Of a stretch of 64,000 nucleotides of DNA, positions 59,420-64,000 are shown one piece after another. This DNA is from Eledone cirrhosa (lineage: Eukaryota), in NCBI GenBank assembly GCA_964016885.1, contig OZ024743.1, positions 100,750,001 through 100,814,000 of the forward strand, in the 5' to 3' direction. Position 1 is the first letter of the stretch, and every line of letters begins with the position of its first letter. The position numbers and the translations under genes were made by a program. The notes below the pieces were generated by a model. The model did not search any database. It had not been told where the DNA came from and saw only the letters and a program-made list of their open reading frames with translations.

Positions 59420-59612
59420 CAGACCTGCCAACCTCTAAAGCCCCAAACGAGGACTACCATGAAAAGGTGCGCCAAAACGAGGAGAAATGAGGCAAAATGG
59501 GGAGATTTTACATAATGGAAGCTATACCCATTTTCACAAGAAAAGACATCTCTCACCCACTCCAAAAGCTATTGCAAATCTCTCCGTCAAACGGGGAGAG
59601 TTGACAGGTCTG
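59420..59612. mobile_element. Same MITE family, copy 3 (opposite orientation)
   Basis: cagacctgccaac...gttgacaggtctg; flanks gctaag/gctccg. Confidence 0.8.
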
Positions 59613-60300
59613 GCTCCGTCATGTTCTGAGTTCAAAGACCATTGGTGTCAACAATATTTTTCATCCTTTACAGGACCTGTCATTTGTGTATGTGATAAAC
59701 CTTCCTCGGTCGACGAGTGTTACAGTTCGATCAATGGAACAGCCTGCCCGTAAAATTAACGTGTGAGTGGCTGAGCCGGCGTGACACTGAATTACAGGTA
59801 CAGCCTACCTGACGGACTTCCAAACAGTCTCTGTCTACTCAAGTTCACTCAAAACGCCTGGATCGACCGAGGCTATGATAAATGACACTTACCGAAGATG
59901 TCACGCAGTGGAATCGACCCCGGGACCTAATGATTGTGAAACGAACTTCTTAACCATTGGGCCATACTGTGTCCACATCACCGGTCATTACTATCAGCAG
60001 GTCGGTACAATTAACGATGCCTGTTCTCTCGTCTTTTTTCTAATACATGTTTATGTGTGCCCGGTATAATTGGTATACCGTATCCCTGAAATAGTTGTCA
60101 TCAGGAAGGGCATACGGCTGTAAAACATTGCCTCAAAAAGGAACCCATGATCAATATGAGGTCTGTCATGGAGCCTGCAAGGCTCTGCTGTAGCCGAGAG
60201 AAATGGCCTTAAACTGCTTATTGAAGCATTTAGTACTAACTTGAAAGGTTGTGACACAATAGAACCATTTAATGACAATATACAAAACGTCTGCGTGTGC

Positions 60301-60348
<48 letters not shown>

Positions 60349-61870
60349 CACATCTGTGTGATGGGCGTGCCTTTAGTGTAAGGTAAGCAGTGCCTATTCA
60401 AGCTAGAACTATAAATATTAATTATTAAATATAAAAAGTAAATGATTTCCTATTCATTATAAAAAAAATGATAACTCGTTATAATTCAGTAAAAGGCAAC
60501 AATATTGATATTACACAGGCACAATTTTCTCATGCCTTTCAATCTTAATAAATGTATATTAACGCGTGTCGATGGTAAATGACGTAGGTTCAGCTCCATA
60601 ATACATTAACTATGCTACAGTAAAGGCAGATGATTTATGCCTTTTCTCGGTATCATTGCAGAGCAAGGGCTGTGTTCGCGTGTGTTACAATGGTTGATTC
60701 TGATGGCTGAGCAACTTTTTACAAACATATTTTATTTCATGTGAACATATGAAGACTCGTGGCTTTAGTGGTTAGATTGTTCAGCTCATGATTTTAAGGC
60801 TCTTTACGTTCTGAGTTCAAATTTCACTCAAGTCAACTTTGTCTTTCATCCTTCTGGGGACGATAAATGCTGAGTACCAGTTCAATGCTAGGGATGATTT
60901 CATGATTTAATGCCCTCTCACCGCCCAAAATCTAACGTTCTTGTGCATAAATTAGAAACGATTATTTGAAACTTTGTGAAGGTGAGTTGTGGTGTTCGGC
61001 TCCCGATTGTAACGTCATGAGTTCGATTTCCGGCTAAGTGTTGTGTCCTTAAACAAGATAATTTACTTCACGTCACACAAGACCACTTAGCTGGAAATAA
61101 GTTGTATGTGTATATCATAGAGTGAGCTTTTCATACACTGTGTCACCTTGAACCTTCTTGAAAACTACGTTGAGTACAGGTATCGTGGAGTACTCAGCCA
61201 CTTACATTGATTTCACAAGCAAGTTGTTCAAACAGAACATGTCATCGAAACCGACAGAAGTTTAACAATAATGAGCATGGGGGGGGGGTCTAGGGTGAAG
61301 TGGAGAAGGAGAATGATGAGAAGGAAAACAAAGAAATAGAAGTAGAAAGAAAAGAAGAAAGGAAAAGGAAAAGAAAAAAAGAAAAGAAAAGGAAAAAAAA
61401 GTGAAAAATGAAAAAAGAAAAGTAAAGATGAAATTGAGGATGAGAGAAAGGGGTGTGGTGGGTGTATGGTGTGGTGTATGGTGGGTGTGTGGTGTGGTGT
61501 ATGGTGGGTGGGTGGGTCTGTCGTCACGACAATTAACGAGTGTCAATTCCATGTCATCAGCAGAAGGTCAACACATTCATCAGTTCTAGTGTCTGGAACA
61601 GGGGGGGGGGGGGTATATGCACCTCTCTCTCCCTCTATATATATACACACCTCTCTCTCCCTCTATATATATATACACCTCTCTCTCCCTGTATATATAT
61701 ATATACACCTCTCTCTCCCTGTATATATATACACCTCTCTCTCCCTGTATATATATACACAGGGAGAGAGAGGTGTATATATATACAGGGAGAGAGAGGT
61801 GTATATATAGGAGTGTGGAAAGATTGGGAGGGCGGGCACATCAATATATATATATGTTTGTGTTTGTAAG

Positions 61871-62046
61871 GCGTCGGTAGAGGGCCGGACGCCTTGCTTT
61901 TGGCGCATAGAGTTACGGCCCTTGCCATTCTGAGTTCAAATCTCGCCGAGGTTAACTTTGCCTTTCATCCTTAAGGGGTCGATAAAATAAAGTACCAGCA
62001 ATGCACTGGGTAATTTGCTGGCCTTGTGCCAAAAGTAGAAACAATT
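61871..62046 (+). mobile_element. tRNA-derived SINE
   Basis: Matches the family; ends in (TA)n. Confidence 0.85.
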
Positions 62047-62133
62047 ATATATATATATATATAAAGAAAAAGAGATGAAATCGAAAATGCAACTGGAGTC
62101 TTATTTTTTTTTAAAATATATATTTATTTGGTT

Positions 62134-62171
62134 CCTTTACCGGTTTCGCAGTTCTTCTGCTTTTCAAAAGG
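62134..62171 (-). ncRNA. Family D hammerhead, mirror copy in the palindrome
   Basis: Exact reverse complement of 62240-62277. Confidence 0.8.
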
Positions 62172-62239
62172 TGAGTTGAGATGGAGGGTCTGAGGTTTTT
62201 CTGTGGTGAGAAAAACCACAGACCCTCCATCTCAACTCA

Positions 62240-62277
62240 CCTTTTGAAAAGCAGAAGAACTGCGAAACCGGTAAAGG
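62240..62277 (+). ncRNA. Minimal type I hammerhead, U3:A8 variant, GUA site (family D)
   Basis: cctt-TTGAAAA-gcag-aagaa-ctgc-GAAA-ccgg-TA-aagg; palindromic stem III ACCGGT. Confidence 0.8.
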
Positions 62278-62424
62278 AACCAAATAAATATATATTTAAA
62301 AAAAAAATAAGACTCCAGTTGTATTTTCGATTTCATCTCTTTTTCTTTATACTTTCACTCGTGTAGGACACCTCGGTTATTTTTCATTTTGTAAAAAAAA
62401 CCTCACTTTCTAATATATATATAT

Positions 62425-62682
62425 CAGAGGAGACTGAGGTTGGCTGGACATGCTCACCGACATCCAGAGTTGACATTGCACTCAGTGCTCCTTTGGGAGC
62501 CCCTACATGGACACACTAGAAGAGGAAGACCAAGGTTAACATATGTTGATGCCCTAAGGACAGACACTGGTCTGTTGGAGATGCAGGATATGGCAGCGAT
62601 AATGAGGGACAGAGACCGCTGGAGAGAACTCGTCCATGGATCTCGGGAATTTTACCCGCCTTAGATAGATAGATAGATAGAT
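62425..62682 (+). mobile_element. 3' end of an RTE/RTEX-type LINE with (TAGA)n tail
   Basis: RRLRLAGHAHRH...RRGRPRLTYVD...MRDRDRWRELV then stop, followed by tagatagataga. Confidence 0.85.
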
Positions 62683-62826
62683 ATATATATATGCAGAGGT
62701 TATATTTAATTTGTTGGGATTCAACAAGCTTAAAAATGTTTATAACTGATATAAAGCACTCAACAGTTTGGTGAAGTAAATATACAATATATTAATAAAT
62801 GGAAACTATATTTATAAAACCATATT

Positions 62827-62892
62827 TATTTTATTATACATATTTCAAGGGCAACCAAGGCAAATTATGGTGCGCTTTTATCAGATAAAATA
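62827..62892 (-). ncRNA. Family C hammerhead with core mutation (CTGATAA), probably inactive
   Basis: Perfect 8-bp stem I tattttat/ataaaata; G8 changed to A. Confidence 0.6.
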
Positions 62893-62968
62893 CAGATTTG
62901 TTTTATAAATAAATATTGACATACCCGGAAAAAAAAAGACAACCTTAACTCCAACTGTTAAGGTTGTC

Positions 62969-63032
62969 TTTGTATCTGATGAAAGCGCACCATAATTTGC
63001 CTTGGTTGCCCTTGAAATATGTATAATAAAAG
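62969..63032 (+). ncRNA. Family C hammerhead
   Basis: CTGATGA 62976-62982, stem II, GAAA 63014-63017, tatgta-TA-ataaaa. Confidence 0.7.
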
Positions 63033-63616
63033 AAATATGGTTTTATAAATATAGTTTCCATTTATTAATATATATATATATATAGATAATTTAATATATC
63101 AACTAACATAAGCGCACAGATGCACGCCCATGCCAGCAAATACACAGGTTATGTCATAGTACCTAGGTGGTTCAATGCAGGAGGATGCAGAACAATAATA
63201 TAAAAGACGTAAAATAAGAAAATCCTTTAAAAAATTTTTTAAAGGATTTTCTTATTTTACGTCTTTTATATATATATATATATATTCTACCTACCTATTT
63301 CGCCACTTTCTACTCAGACCCCTCTTTCTTCACCTCCCTTTCTCCCTCTCACTTTCACCCCCTCGTCTGACCCTTTAGCAGTTCCTTTCTCACTCACAAC
63401 TGCGGCCATCAGACGTGTCTCTCCTTCCTCTCGATTACTCGGTCTTGAACGTAAGTTCTATTATCGAGTGATCTTCGATCTCCTACCTATAGTTGCTCGC
63501 ACATTGCTCGGTTTCTCTTGTTTTTCGCTGTTTTGTTACTGTTTCTCTTTTCTTCCTCTTTGCTTTCCTTCCCTCCTTCCTTCATTTTCTCAATAACTTA
63601 TCCAGTTATTGACGCC

Positions 63617-63685
63617 CTGGGGTGAAGTGGTATCTTGTCTTTAAAGCGTAGAAATATCCTAGACCCCCAGTAGACAACTGATGAG
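63617..63685 (+). ncRNA. Candidate permuted hammerhead, diverged copy 3
   Basis: ctgggg..ggtaT-C-ttgtct...GAAA-tatc..ccccag-t-agacaa-CTGATGA, with compensatory changes. Confidence 0.5.
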
Positions 63686-63789
63686 GAAAACTCCCCCCTC
63701 CTGTTCTTGCTTTCTTCGTATTCCCACTGCATTTTAAGTTACCTCACAGCCATTTCTATTCTCTCTCTCTCTCTATATATATATATATA

Positions 63790-63881
<92 letters not shown>

Positions 63882-64000
63882 TGAGAGAGAGAGGAAAGAG
63901 AGAGGGGCTGATATAGGTAATGGATGGGAGGAGTCAGACAATGGCTCATGATATCAGATAGAGATACTTTAGATATGAAGGCTTCATAAATAGATTGAGA

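Larger units (their letters stand above)
62062..62351. repeat. About 290-bp inverted repeat carrying family D hammerheads
   Basis: Arms 62062-62200 and 62220-62351 are near-perfect reverse complements. Confidence 0.9.

Noticed and set aside
63617-63670. SECIS element reading of the family B hairpin (TGA..AAA..GA)
   Set aside because: AAA is about 17 nt from the TGA, too far for a SECIS; the other copies have GGA; no linked selenoprotein ORF. Hammerhead pairings explain more of the conserved bases.

Overview
AT-rich, microsatellite-saturated eukaryotic DNA with a 200-N gap at 26326-26525. The repeat content (tRNA-derived SINEs with a Deu/Nin-like core, long (TA)n/(CA)n/(GA)n tracts) resembles a cephalopod, probably octopus, intron; this assignment is inference. 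The only solid host coding feature is one minus-strand exon (12751-13249) encoding four TNFR cysteine-rich domains of a p75NTR/TNFRSF16-like receptor. The rest is repeats: decayed RTE and Tx1-like LINEs, a non-autonomous Helitron, several MITE families, many SINEs and minisatellites. The most interesting content is a set of short (TA)n-embedded elements, often arranged as fold-back palindromes, carrying about five families of hammerhead-ribozyme motifs (probably Penelope-like pLTRs or retrozyme-like elements). These include U3:A8 core variants and minimal dimer-type forms. One family (34227-34292, 34864-34929, 63617-63685) has all three hammerhead core strands in a non-circularly-permuted order with a kink-turn-like extension; its stems I and III covary between copies, but stem II is nearly absent. 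All RNA structures were paired by eye; none was computed or tested.
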